A stretch of DNA of 41,797 nucleotides from Welwitschia mirabilis (GCA_051453625.1 JBOZIK010000001.1:27062628-27104424), one strand, 5' to 3'; numbered from the stretch's first letter, positions 1 through 11,883 are shown. Numbers and translations are program-made. The notes: generated by a model not told the origin, from the letters alone.

Positions 1-2
1 TA

Positions 3-347
3 AGAGATATAGGAGCTAGTATTAACATCATGCCCTTGCACATTTGTAAACATTTAGGATTGGAAGAAAGAATAGAACCTATGGAAATTGTCTTAGAGTT
101 AACTGATTCATCTGTTAAGAAACCTTTATGTGTGATAAAGGACTTGATTATTTAGATCAAGAAAGCTTTCTACCACATATATGTAGTTGTTCTAGAAGTT
201 GAGCATCAAAATGGATATCCCCTACTTCTAGGTAGAGCTTTCTGTGCAACCGCACATTACATCATAGACACTAGAACTAGATTAATGAAATGTCACTTTG
301 GAAATAAACAGTTTTCAATATGAGTCTTTGATGCAGCTAAAAAAGAG
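3..347 (+). pseudogene. Retrotransposon aspartic protease remnant (Athila gag-PR)
   Basis: The frame from 3 reads RDIGASINIMPLHICKHLGLEERIEPMEIVLELTDSSVKKPL...GYPLLLGRAFCATAH. It has the D-x-G-A-S catalytic motif and the LLGRxF motif, two in-frame stops, and is paralogous to 18245-18733(-). Confidence 0.92.
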
Positions 348-924
348 TTAAGAGATGATTTAGGATTGGAGGATGATATAAAANNNNNNNNNNNNNNNNN
401 NNNNNNNNNNNNNNNNNNNNNNNNNNNNNNNNNNNNNNNNNNNNNNNNNNNNNNNNNNNNNNNNNNNNNNNNNNNNNNNNNNNNNNNNNNNNNNNNNNNN
501 NNNNNNNNNNNNNNNNNNNNNNNNNNNNNNNNNNNNNNNNNNNNNNNNNNNNNNNNNNNNNNNNNNNNNNNNNNNNNNNNNNNNNNNNNNNNNNNNNNNN
601 NNNNNNNNNNNNNNNNNNNNNNNNNNNNNNNNNNNNNNNNNNNNNNNNNNNNNNNNNNNNNNNNNNNNNNNNNNNNNNNNNNNNTTGAAACATTCCCATG
701 TCTATAGACTGTATTTACAGGAAGATACCTTTTTTATTATGTTGTTTTTTTTTTCAATGGTGGTTAAATTATAAGTTATCAAGGAGTGTTCTTTTATATA
801 TTTTATTTTACTTATTTCTCTTAGTCTTCCTTAAGTGTGTGATCCTGTGGGAATATCCTTTTTGTCAAAAAAAAAAAAAAAAAGAAGAGAGAAAAAGAAA
901 AAAAAGAAAAAAAAGTACAAAGCG

Positions 925-1080
925 TGATGTCCTACCGCAAGTACACCAGGGCAAATATGTCTGAGAGGAGCCTTTGGCAATGTAATATGGTAGCTGTGGA
1001 AACTCCACTAGGGGGTTAGTTAGTCATACTTCGCAGGTCCTTACTCCTCTGATAGTAGTTACACTCCCCTCATCATGGCA
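925..1080 (+). other. Conserved post-pol non-coding block, copy in element A
   Basis: Aligns with 5285-5440(+) and 15205-15370(-). Shared core GAGAGGARCCTTTG...TAGYTGTGGAARCTCCACT. Confidence 0.85.
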
Positions 1081-1540
1081 AAAGAAATACAACTTTTTGG
1101 TATTCCTACTTGATCATTTCACTTTTGGTAATTTTGGTGAATTTGTAGGTAGAAATAGATGAGTCCATTTCTAAGTACTTTTTTATTTTGACCTCCATTG
1201 TTCTATACACTTAAAATCTTAGATATCACCATAACCACTACCCTTTCGAATGAACTTTATCTAGTTAATACATTTTGTTATGCATCTTTTCTCAGGTACT
1301 GTTATGATGTTTTCCTTTGGAGTTTGCTATGTTAATACTTAGACTACATAAACACTCTTCTTCTTATTCCTTATGTCTATTTATCCTCTGCTTTTCTTCT
1401 ATTTTCATCTCTACTGTTTTCTAGTTATTTTTGCATTTTATTCATTTTTAGGACTTTACTCGTTTAGTAGTTTTTCATTCTAGTTATTTTTGCATTTTTC
1501 ATTTTTGTTAGTTTAGGCAATTTGGGATACATTGCACATT

Positions 1541-1553
1541 TTAAGTGGGGGCA
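1541..1553 (+). promoter_or_regulatory. Internal PPT-like tract of element A
   Basis: ACATTGCACATTTTAAGTGGGGG resembles the terminal PPT. Positional equivalents occur at ~6932-6950 (B) and ~14494-14520 (D, minus). Athila elements are known to carry an additional internal PPT. Confidence 0.55.
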
Positions 1554-1995
1554 GGATACATATATAATTTTAGTATTGCATATTTCTAATATAAATTTTT
1601 TTGATTATGAGAATATATGATTGCAGATCCTCCTTTTGAGCCAATTACTGAAACAGGATTCTTCGATTTTTACATGATGCTCATCTTTTTATTCGATAGT
1701 TTATCACAGTGAGGATCTAATTATCAATATTAATGCAAAATCTGATTTTTATCACAGGTTCTAGACCCTGAAAATCTTTTAAGGAGTATGTCGTCCCAAG
1801 TATCATCTGGACGACATGCTGGACGACAAACTTCTGATGTTTACTAGGTATTTTATTCAGTTTTTAAATTTTCAAAAATTTAATTCATTACTAATATACA
1901 TATCCCAAATACTCTCCTTAGATATCCTAGTTTTTATTATTTAAAATTTGGCTCATAAATATGATTTACCACTTGGTTTTATCAGGGACTAATAA

Positions 1996-2012
1996 GGCTA
2001 AGTGGGGGGCTA
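1996..2012 (+). promoter_or_regulatory. Polypurine tract (PPT) of element A
   Basis: GGCTAAGTGGGGGGCTA abuts the LTR TG. The same motif precedes the LTRs at 8810, 10008, 11883(-) and 14257(-). Confidence 0.85.
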
Positions 2013-3180
2013 TGTTGCAATGCCAACTTATGTGTATTTGATAGGGTATTTTGAGTTTTGTTACAGATAAACTAATAGATAATTGCTTAGTTCTTATGAT
2101 AATCAAGAATTAAGGAGCACAAAATGAAAACATGCAAATATCAGATAAAACACAAGCATTTTATACAAATATGGATAAATATTATTTTAGATAACTATTC
2201 CTGCAAACAACAAAGTAATCTAATTGACTAAAGATCAAGAAATAATTATTGTTCACCCTGTCATCCACACGAAAATTAGGATGACAACTCTAATAGAGTA
2301 ATAAACAGAGTTCTTTCAAGATAACTCGTAGTTGAACTAAGATCTTTCTACCAAACATAGTCATCCACATCATCATCTAGATGTCACTAGTGAACAACAT
2401 CTTGAAAACTAGTTAACAATAGTTCACATGTAGTCCGATAATTAGATAAACTGAAGTAGAACTAGAGTTTTAATTATTAATCCTCTTCATCTCCTCCTTC
2501 GTTTAAATGACCATTAAGATAACACTGTTTTCCCAAAGTTTTACCGAATGTTTTCTAGAGTCGTCGCCACTTCTTTGCGACTTTACTTTGCATGTTAGCT
2601 AAAGCTTTTTCCTTTACTTCTCTGTTAGTTTTCCTTCCCTTTTTGTCTATAAATAAAAGTCTCACCCTCAATTCCTAATCATCTTCGACAGTACCTGATA
2701 TTATCGTGATAGNNNNNNNNNNCAGGTGGCATTTCCTTCATTGAGAAATGACTACTTTATAATGCAAATGCTTTTATGCTTTTTAATATAAATTATCCCT
2801 TTTTCTTTAGTATATGCAGGAATCTCTCCCTCATAGTTTATGTTGTTTAAGATTTGTGATAGGTTTCTTTAATTATATAGATTATGAGAGCATCCTTTAT
2901 TAAGGTTGAGCTTGATTAAATTAGGTGCATTGTTGTTCATTTCCATAGATTAGTTTTGCATTACTATTTCTATTTCATGCATTAAAATTTTTTTAGTAAA
3001 TTAGGGTTACATATTTCTTTCTTGAAATCAACTCTTTATTATCTACACTATTGGCCTTCGACAGAATTATGACATTCGGATCACTTCGACTATACTAGTG
3101 TGCTATATTTGTGCATCTTATTTGTAATTAGCAGGATTTAAATCAAGACGTGAAACATTGCATAAATGCGCACCGCAATA
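2013..3180 (+). repeat. 3' LTR of element A (~1.17 kb)
   Basis: Starts TGTTGCAATG and ends GCGCACCGCAATA (CA decayed to TA). TATA box TATAAATA at 2648. Homologous to LTRs at 8810-9880 and 21043-22132(-). Confidence 0.85.
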
Positions 3181-3181
3181 A

Positions 3182-4850
3182 TCTTACTATAGAAAATATC
3201 TATTTAAGACTTAAATTAATTATACTACCATAGAGAAGTAAGTGTTAGCCATCATATTTTGCCTTGATACACTTAGACATTATTTCTTAGGATTTTATAT
3301 AAATGTTTATACCAATCATGTTGCTATTCATTACCTCATGACTAAGAAAGATTCTAGTGCTAGATTGATTAGATAGATTCTCCTTATGTTAGAGTTCAAT
3401 TTAACCATCATAAATAAAGTAGAAAAGCATAATTATATTGCTAATTATTTAGCTCATTTTTCTTTTCCTTCTAATTATTCTATTATTGATGATTCTTTTC
3501 TAGATGAGGAACTTTTTGTTATATCTTCTACTCATGCTTCTCTTTGGTATATGGATATTATTAATTATCTTCTAACCATAAAAATACCACAACATTGGAC
3601 TTATAATTAATGCAAATATTTTCTTTATAAAATATATATAACTATGAGAGTATAAAGCCACATTTGTACTATACATGTAAAGACCAAATTATGCAAAAAC
3701 ATGTTCTTGAATGGGAAAAATATAAAATCCTTCATATTTTTCATAGTGATGTATATGGAGAATACTTTAATAGATAGAAAATAACTATAAAATTCTTCAT
3801 TCTAGTTTTTATTGACCTATTTATTTTAGGATTCTTTTGATTTTGGTAGAAGACGTGATTCTTGTCAACATTATGGTAGTCTTATTTATTCTCAAAAAAT
3901 TCTTCTTAGACCTATTCTTGATTGTTCATCTTTTGATTATTAGGGGATTGGTTTCATAGGCCCTATACACCAAACTTCTCAAGATAAACATTACATTTTA
4001 GTGGCTATAGATTATATGACTAAATGGATTGAAGCAATTCCTACTTTTTTGAAATGATGTCTAAACTATTTATCATCTTCTTAGAACTCATATTTTTTAG
4101 AGATTTTATTTTTCTAAAATTTTTATTAGTAATTAAGGAACTTATTTTATTAATCAAATTTTTATAAAATGTTTTTTCATTCCTTGGAATATAACATAGA
4201 GTAGCTTATGCTTATTATCCTTAGACTAATGGACAGGATAAAAATCCTAATAGAGAAATTAAAAAAATGTTGTAAAGACTTGTCTCTATTAATAAGAAAT
4301 CTTGGGTTTCTAAGCTTAATAATGTTCTTTAGGCTTACTGTACTACTTGGAGTTTTTTTTTTTTTTTTTTGGTTTTTTACCTTAAGAACTTGTGTATGGT
4401 AAAATTTGTGTATTACCTATTAATGTGCACTATAACTCTTATCGTGCTTCTTATCAACTTAATCTTGTGGATCTTCATAAAACTCTTAAACATAGATTAA
4501 TTAAATTAGACCACCTTGATGAAAAATGAAATCATGCTATACATTGTTAATTAATCTATAAAGCCTAAGCTAACTTCAAACATGATAAAAACATACTTTA
4601 TAAAAAGTTTGAATCACATTAACTTGTTTTTTTATTAAACACTAGAGTATATATTTTAAATAATAAATTAACTTCTAAATGATTAGATAATTTATCTTGT
4701 AGAAAGAGTGCATCCTAATGGCTCTATTGAGATTTTAGATTTAGAGACTAAGGAGATTTAGAAAGCTAATGAACAATAGTTAAAACTATATGAAGAATCT
4801 TTTAATGCAACCATAAACATGCTAGAAGCACTTATTTTGGAGGTTTCCCT
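3182..4850 (+). pseudogene. pol: Decayed pol: RNase H + integrase
   Basis: Translates to INYTTIEK*VLAIIFCLDTLRHYFLG...VYTNHVAIHYLMTKKDSSARLIR*ILLMLEFNL (RH), then SLWYMDIINYL, GIGFIGP, YILVAIDYMTKWIEAIPT, AYYP*TNG and NGSIEILD (INT). Many stops and frameshifts. Confidence 0.93.
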
Positions 4851-5196
4851 TGATAAGGACTTTCTTCCTATTATTATTTGAGTTCTTTCTTAGCTTATGT
4901 CTTTATTAGATGTTATAATATCACTTGATCATCTTTTAAAATTAACTTATATGTTACTTTATGAAGTTTTCATGACTAGTATTCATACTTGAGTATTTTA
5001 TAGTGGTAAGATTTAATTCATCTAATCTTGAGACATTTCAATGTCTATGGAGTTCACTTTAAAGGAAGATTCTTAATTCTTGTATTCTTTCTAATGTTAT
5101 AAGGTCTTTGATTATTTAGGAGTGTTCTTTTCTGTCTTTATCTCATTTATTTACCTTCATCTTCTTGAGTATGTGATCATGTGCGAATTTTCCAAA

Positions 5197-5218
5197 AGAG
5201 AGAGAGAGAGAGAGAGAG
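5197..5218 (+). repeat. (AG)11 microsatellite in the Athila non-coding spacer
   Basis: Read directly. The equivalent position is an A-rich tract in A (867-914) and poly-T on the plus strand in D (~15424-15437). Confidence 0.9.
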
Positions 5219-5284
5219 GGAAAAAGAGAAGAAAAAGAAATAATGACCATGTTCTACTATATTTTATGTTTAAATAAAAATACA

Positions 5285-5440
5285 TGGTCACCATAATATT
5301 CTATCACATTAGGGTAAATGTTTCTAAGAGGAACCTTTGATAGTACTGATAGCTATGGGAACTCCACTAGGAAATTAGTTGGTCATGCTTCATAGGTCCT
5401 TACTCCTCTAATTATAATTATACTTCTTTCATTATAAAAG
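5285..5440 (+). other. Conserved post-pol non-coding block, copy in element B
   Basis: AAGAGGAACCTTTGA...TAGCTATGGGAACTCCACTAGG...GGTCATGCTTCATAGGTCCTTACTCCTCT aligns with 925-1080. Confidence 0.82.
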
Positions 5441-7019
5441 AAATTTATAATAAACTTTGAGACTATGGGATCATTAGTATTCTTAATGTCATCAGAGGCA
5501 TTGCTTATTTCCTAGACTCTTAACATTCTCATATGGTTATTTCACTTTTGAGAATTCAAGTGTGTTTATGGGATGAGAATAGATGAGTTCATTTCTAAGT
5601 AGATTTTGATCTTGTCATTTATTATTCTAAGAACTTGAGTTTTGGTATTACCATAATCACTACTCTTTTGAGTAGAACTTCGTAGAGTTTATACATTTTA
5701 TTATGTATTTTTACTTAGGTGATTTTATGATGTCTTCCTTAGGAGTTGCTAGGTAAGAATTTAGGATAAATAAGCAAACTTTTTCTTCTTCCTTGTGTCT
5801 TTTTTTATTCTATTTTTCTTTGGTTTCTTATTTTATTATTTCAAAGTTGTTTACACATTTTCTCATTTTTACATAGTATCTTATCATTTAGTAGTTTTCT
5901 TACTATTCGTTCATGTTCATTTATTTTTAGTTAACATTTGAATTCATTAGAACATCTTTTCATTTGACAACTTTTTTAAGATTTCTTGTACCTTTTGAAG
6001 TTATGTGCTTTCTCTTTTTTTAATTTTTTATTTACAAACATTCATTTAGTTTTTATTATTAGGTTTTATCTTAGTTAATTAATTTTCTCTAGCCATAGTT
6101 TTTCTTTTATTTTAAGATTTTATACTTCATTCTGATTTTCTTGGCTTTACTTCTCATTTCCTATTTTTCCTAAATTTTTTGATAAAATTGGATACTTTGA
6201 TGATTATATCTGAGCCTAATTTTATTTTTTGACATCTTTATTTTTAATAATTTTTTTCATATCTTATTATCCACTTAGTTCTTTAGATGACATTAGGTGG
6301 ATAATAATTTGATTTTTTTAGAGTCATCCTATGGTTATCATCTGGATAATGCCACTAGATAATAGGGCATTAAAACCATAGTCCAAACCCTTTTTTCTTA
6401 CTTTTTTTTTTTGTTTCTTCATTGTTTTCTCTTATTCATTTAAGAGAGATCAATCCCTCTAGACCTTGCTAACATCTTGGATTTTTTTCCACTCAATTTT
6501 ATATCCAAATTTTAGATATTTAATCAAATTTATAAAAATTAGGTATGTTCCTCTTATTTTTTAATTTTTCCCCCTATTTTTCAGCCTTTAGATGTGTATT
6601 TTTCATGTATGTTTATTACTTTTTCATGATTTTTCAAACTTATGAATTTGAGTTTCACTATGCACTTTGCAAGTTATGCTTAATTATGTATTTTAGGAGA
6701 AGTTTTTAATTTTTCATCTTTCACACTTACTTTCTCGCAAAGTGTACATGGAAATTTAGTGGTCCTTTAAGCAAAATTGATTAGTTTGATGTGTTATATG
6801 ATTCTACTAGATTAGATTTTTCAGTTAACTATTTCTAATTTTTATTATATGTGGGCCCCACTTTAAAACTACTTTTTAATCTTTTACATGTTTTACATTT
6901 TTATTTTTGTGTTTAGGTAATCTACTATGTATTGACATTTTTAAGGGAAAGAAAAACATATTTTCATCATTTTTTTAATTTTTTATCGACTTTTTTGTGA
7001 TCGTTATTATGCATCCATG

Positions 7020-8310
7020 AGATGTATTTCATGTATTTACATTCCTACATGATCTTTTTGTATCTATTTTTTATTGAAAAGGCTCTATACACATAGATTT
7101 AGATAGACTAAGGTAAAGGCCAATGTTGTAGAGTAGGAGGTGGACACATTAGTGCCATTAAAGGTAGCATGTATTGAGTTAGTTCATCCACCACCTCAAC
7201 ATGAATGATATTTGATAATACAAACAACTAGTATCTATGTTACAAGATATTTTAGGGACTTCATGTACCACATAGAGCTAGAGGTTAATTATAGGCTCAT
7301 GGATCTCTAGTTATATTAGATTATAGATGCACATGGATCATGCTATATGTCAAAGATAAGATAGTTCCATGACACCATTCACATAGAGAGATGACTAGAT
7401 GCTTATGGTCAGTTCATAGATATGATCGTAGCTTACATTCATGATCATGGTATTGTAATCCTCTCATCCCATGTTGTAGTAGTTACAAATATTGATGAAC
7501 TTGGAAGTCTTCATATTCATTCCATTAAAGGGACTAGGGAGCATTGTGTATAGGGAACTACATTAGATATTCTAGTGGATCTGATGATAGATAGGTAGGT
7601 GGCTCTTATCACATAGTTGACTCCCATAAATAAAGTACTTCATAGAGGGCTAATCGATAACATTAGTCTATCATTTTATAATAATCATGCCATAGTCACA
7701 CATTTATAGATACTGACAGCTTTCAGATAGGAAGAATAGATGGACCTATTGACATTTATTTGAAGAAGACTCAAATCCATGGTTGAGGCATGATAGCTAT
7801 AGAATCTAGGCTATCCATGCATTATATCAGTCCTTTTAAAATGATTTGGAATACCAGGTCCCATAAATGAGTAGCACTTATCTCATATTTAGACTTTAGC
7901 TTGCTATTTATAGGGTATGAGCACACAGATATTAGGAGAGGTAGAGCGATCTCAGGTATATATATACCTACAATTAGGACTACTCTTGAGCACATATAGG
8001 TCCTTTTGGCAGAGACAACCAAGACCATCAGAGGTTTTATGGGCTAAGCTATCTAGATACTAGACTAGAGGATCTAAACATTAGAGCAAAGGATCCTGAC
8101 TATTGAGAGGAGAGTCTATCACTCTGAGAACTATATTGTTGATGTGTGTCAGCGTGTTGTCTCTATTTAGCAAAGTGTGAAAATAGATATTCCAGAGGCT
8201 AGATGTATCTAAGATGATGAGATGGTCAACTCCCTTTCTACATCTTTGGACCTTTATTTCCCTATTGATCTTGAGCATTTTCCTTCTTCTCCCCTTTCAT
8301 TTAAGTTAAC
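7020..8310 (+). pseudogene. Decayed Athila env-like/additional ORF with C-terminal coiled coil
   Basis: The frame from 7620 reads TPINKVLHRGLIDNISL..NHAIVTHL..NLGYPCIISVLLK*FGIP, then heptads AI*ILD*RI*TLEQRILTIERRV. Most stops are TAG/TGA/TAA, consistent with C>T or G>A decay. Located between the internal PPT and the terminal PPT. The start is approximate. Confidence 0.72.
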
Positions 8311-8809
8311 TGATTGGATATAATTTATCATGTAATGACAAGAAAAGTTATTTTGTGATATTTTTTAGTCAACATGGTATATTTTTATTTTTCTAATTTT
8401 TTTGATTATCTATCTTTTTCATATGATTAATGAGGATTGATTTTATTTGGATGATATTTTTATTCATTACTATGTAATTTAGTGGAAGGCTTTTAATGCA
8501 TTAACTTATTATCTATATAAAAAAATTCTATCATAGGTTCCTATTTTCCAAGATCATTTTTTTAAGCCTATCATTTCCTCTATCACCTAGACAAAAACCC
8601 AGACAATAGTATGGATAGTCTTCAAATTAGATGAAATGTTTAGTTTTTTAATTTCTCAATGATTTAATTTATAGCTTTAAAATTTTTAAAGAACTTTTTA
8701 AGATAATCTTTTTAGTAACTTAGCTATTTTTATTATAAAACAAGTTGACTTGTAATCATGGTTTACTACCTCATTTTGTTAAGGACTGATAATGCTAAGT
8801 GAAGGGCTA

Positions 8810-9880
8810 TGTTGCACTACCAACTTACATATATTTGATAGGATATTTTGAGTAGTTTTATAAGCTATTAAATAGGTCTATGTTAGAATTTCCATGATAA
8901 TAAAGAGCTAAAATGAAAGATACTAAAACAAATAATCTCCATGAAATTTTATAGCATTCAAAGTAGTTTCTAATACTTTCTATTTCTAATACAGACTTTC
9001 TATAAACATTAAGCCTGATGCATTATCCATGCAATAGAATTAATGACATAATAGCTTAAACCAATAAGAATACTAAGTATGATCAACTTAGCAGATGATG
9101 TAAACTATTTATGTAATGGCATTATCTCCTATATTGTCTAGATGACTAGTAAGATGACATCTGTTATAACATTTTACTAAATATTCACCTAACTCTTACC
9201 ATTTCTTTATATATATATTTTTTAAGTATAACCATTAAGGTTGTATCCATGACTATGTATCTATCTTGTTATTATGTGCTTTTTATCAATAAGTATTAAT
9301 TCAATTCTCAACTTTGTCTTATCTTCATTTGCACCAAAAACTCTTATGAAAAGAGATTAAAGTGCTAAAGATCCATCCTTAGTAGTTACAGAGAGACATA
9401 TTTTTTGGTGTTAGACTTTGTTTCCTCCATTAAGGTATAGCTACTTTGTAATATGGATGTGATTCCATTACTACAAAGACTTATTTTCCATTTTTTATAC
9501 TTCTTTATTCTTATCCCTAATAGTTTATGTTGCTTCTAGCTTGATGACAGTTTTTTGAGCAATACAAGTTATAAGAGCAACCTTTGTCAAGGTTGAGTAT
9601 TGTTAGTTTAAGTGCATTGCTATTTCATTTCCCTGTATTAACTTTGCATAAGTGTATTAAATGGTGCTTTATTACATTATAATTTATTTTTGTTGATAAA
9701 ATACAAAGTGTTTCTTATAGAAATCAATTCTTTTTCTCTAGCCTAAGCCTTTGATGGATTATGACATTTGGGTCAACTTCCATCTATATTAGTACATTGT
9801 GTTGTATAAATATCTATTTTATTTTTAAATAATAATATCTTCTTGATCTTAAATTATTTTCAGAAATACGCAATGCAATA
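8810..9880 (+). repeat. 3' LTR of element B (~1.07 kb)
   Basis: Follows PPT GCTAAGTGAAGGGCTA. Starts TGTTGCACTACC, ends ACGCAATGCAATA. Homologous to 2013-3180. Confidence 0.85.
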
Positions 9881-10702
9881 GTGATTTACTCCTATTTATA
9901 AACTTGAGTTACATTTCCCTATATAGTATTTTATCTTAGTTAATTTAGCTCATAATTATAATTATTTGCCAATTTTATTAGGATTTGTCAAGGCTAAGTG
10001 GGGGCTATGTTATGATGTTAAATTGTATCTTTTTAATGGGGTATTTTGATTAGTTTTATAAGACATTTTGATAGGTTTAAGAATGAAATGATGATTATTG
10101 AGAGTTAGGAAGAAGAGCATAAAAATTCACAAATACTAGCACTTTTGGAGGTACTTTGGATTAATTCTAATACTTCACACTCTAAGTAGGAGTTAATGAG
10201 TTTCAAGGCTAATTTAACTTAATAAAGAACTTCAAGAAGGTTGTGGTCTTATCCATTATCTAGACAGCATACAAGGATGGTACCACTTACATGATGATTA
10301 GGATGCTGACTGGGATGATACTAAGAATAAATATAGAACTCTATTAATGTGGTATCATCCCTACCATAGTTTAGATGACCATTAGGATGATCATGTAATT
10401 TTAGTTAATGTATCAACTTCATCAAACATATACAATGTATCATGCATTTTATTGTGTAGTGTTAGGATTTCTCATACATCTGTTAGATCTGTTATTGTCA
10501 GAGTCTATTCTTATTAATAAATACTGCCTTTGCCCTTAACTCTACTCATCTTCATTTTTACGAAAAATTCTTGTAATAAGAGGTCAAAGGACTAGAAGCC
10601 TATTTGTTAGTTGTAAAGAGTGGTCTTCCTTAGTGTTAAACTATGTCTCCTTCATTAAGATGATGCTACTTTATAATAGAATGTTGATTTGAATTTTAAT
10701 AG
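9881..10702 (+). mobile_element. Element C: end of 3' UTR, PPT (9992-10007) and first part of the 3' LTR (10008-10702)
   Basis: PPT GGCTAAGTGGGGGCTA then TGTTATGATG at 10008. LTR similarity continues to ~10700, where element D begins. Confidence 0.8.
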
Positions 10703-11883
10703 TATTGTGGTGTGTATTTATATAAGTTTTTACATTCAAAGAGATCCTGTAATTTATAATCAAAATAGATATCTTACANNNNNNNNNNNNNNNNNNNNNN
10801 NNNNNNNNNNNNNNNNNNNNNNNNNNNNNNNNNNNNNNNNNNNNNNNNNNNNNNNNNNNNNNNNNNNNNNNNNNNNNNACAATACATCATATTAGTATGA
10901 GTGAAAGTAGACATAAAATGTTATATTCACCTTGAAGTCTATGAGTATGAGACTTAGGTTACTTTGTAAAAGAATATAGAAATCAGAATAAATAAAAAAA
11001 CGCAAAGAAATAAAGTATAATACCCAATGCAAGATGCAACTATTCTAAATGAAAATGTAAAATGGAACTAACACTACTTGCTTTCAGCTTTAACAAATAC
11101 TACATATGATTATCTATATCACTCAAGAAATTGTCACTAGATCAAGGGCAATATAGACTATAAGGATCATTAAAGAAACTAATATGCAAATATAAAAATA
11201 AAGCAAGATTTATATTAAGAAAGTGTAACAAGAATCTTGGTTACAAAATAGCCAGGTCTTAATGGAGGATATGCAGCCCTCCACTAAGTGCATATCTTTT
11301 TACAACCTTAAGGTAAATCTCCTACCCTTCAACCTCCTGATACAAGAATTTATAGTACAATGAAGAGTAGAAGGAGATCGAAAGAGGGGTTTATTTACAA
11401 TAACTCAAAAAGAAGAAAAGACAAATGATAGATGTGAAAAGGCATGCTTACTTACAACTTAGAAATGAATGAAATGTTTATGAGTCACTGTTAGAATCGG
11501 TTACATGTGAGTATCATTCGAACTGTCATATGAACTAGAAGGGGGATGATAGCACATTACAAATAATGACTCAGAATGATGACTCAGCATATTAGTTCAC
11601 ATTAGCACATATTATCCTACCTGTCATGAGGACAACAGAAAGGATGATGGTCTTATTTGACTATTTCTTTAAACAGAACTTAGCATTTTTGTCATTAATC
11701 CTTTTTTAAAGCTCTATGCATCAGAAAGTGCTTTCAATACATTAAATTTAGATAAGAATTACACTTTTCTAAGATTTCCTCTAGTATCTCCAAAATTCTC
11801 AGAATTGCACCTAAACCTGTATAAAATTCCTATAGAACAACTCATAAAACTCCATAAAATAACCATAAATTGGTAGCACAACA
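10703..11883 (-). repeat. D outer 3' LTR (includes a 100-N gap of near-zero real size)
   Basis: Right end GCACAACA is followed by the PPT complement TAGCCCATCACTTAGCC (11884-11900). Collinear with 21043-22132. Confidence 0.88.

Larger units (their letters stand above)
1..3180 (+). mobile_element. Element A: 3' part of a non-autonomous Athila-type Ty3/gypsy LTR retrotransposon (protease, non-coding 3' region, PPT, 3' LTR)
   Basis: Protease remnant at 3-347. After the 384-684 gap the sequence aligns with the post-pol non-coding region of element B (~5030-5800). PPT AAGTGGGGGGCTA lies directly before the LTR start TGTTGC at 2013. No RT/RH/INT or env-like sequence is visible. Confidence 0.85.
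3181..9880 (+). mobile_element. Element B: 3' part of an autonomous-type Athila Ty3/gypsy element (RH-INT, non-coding region, env-like ORF, PPT, 3' LTR)
   Basis: Gypsy domain order RH then INT, long non-coding spacer, extra ORF, PPT at 8794-8809 and LTR at 8810-9880. The left end abuts the LTR of A inside RNase H. Confidence 0.88.

Noticed and set aside
337..707. ORFs spanning N runs (also 10689, 12063-12390, 17948, 34408, 35554)
   Set aside because: Artefacts of translating assembly gaps.
698..964. 88-aa hydrophobic/basic ORF resembling a membrane protein
   Set aside because: Produced by T-rich and poly-A tracts in the 3' UTR. The frame is not conserved in homologous B and D regions.
955..1060. 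Hammerhead ribozyme (retrozyme) in the conserved block
   Set aside because: CTGAGAG and CTGATAG do not fit the CUGANGA core and are not conserved in the B and D copies.
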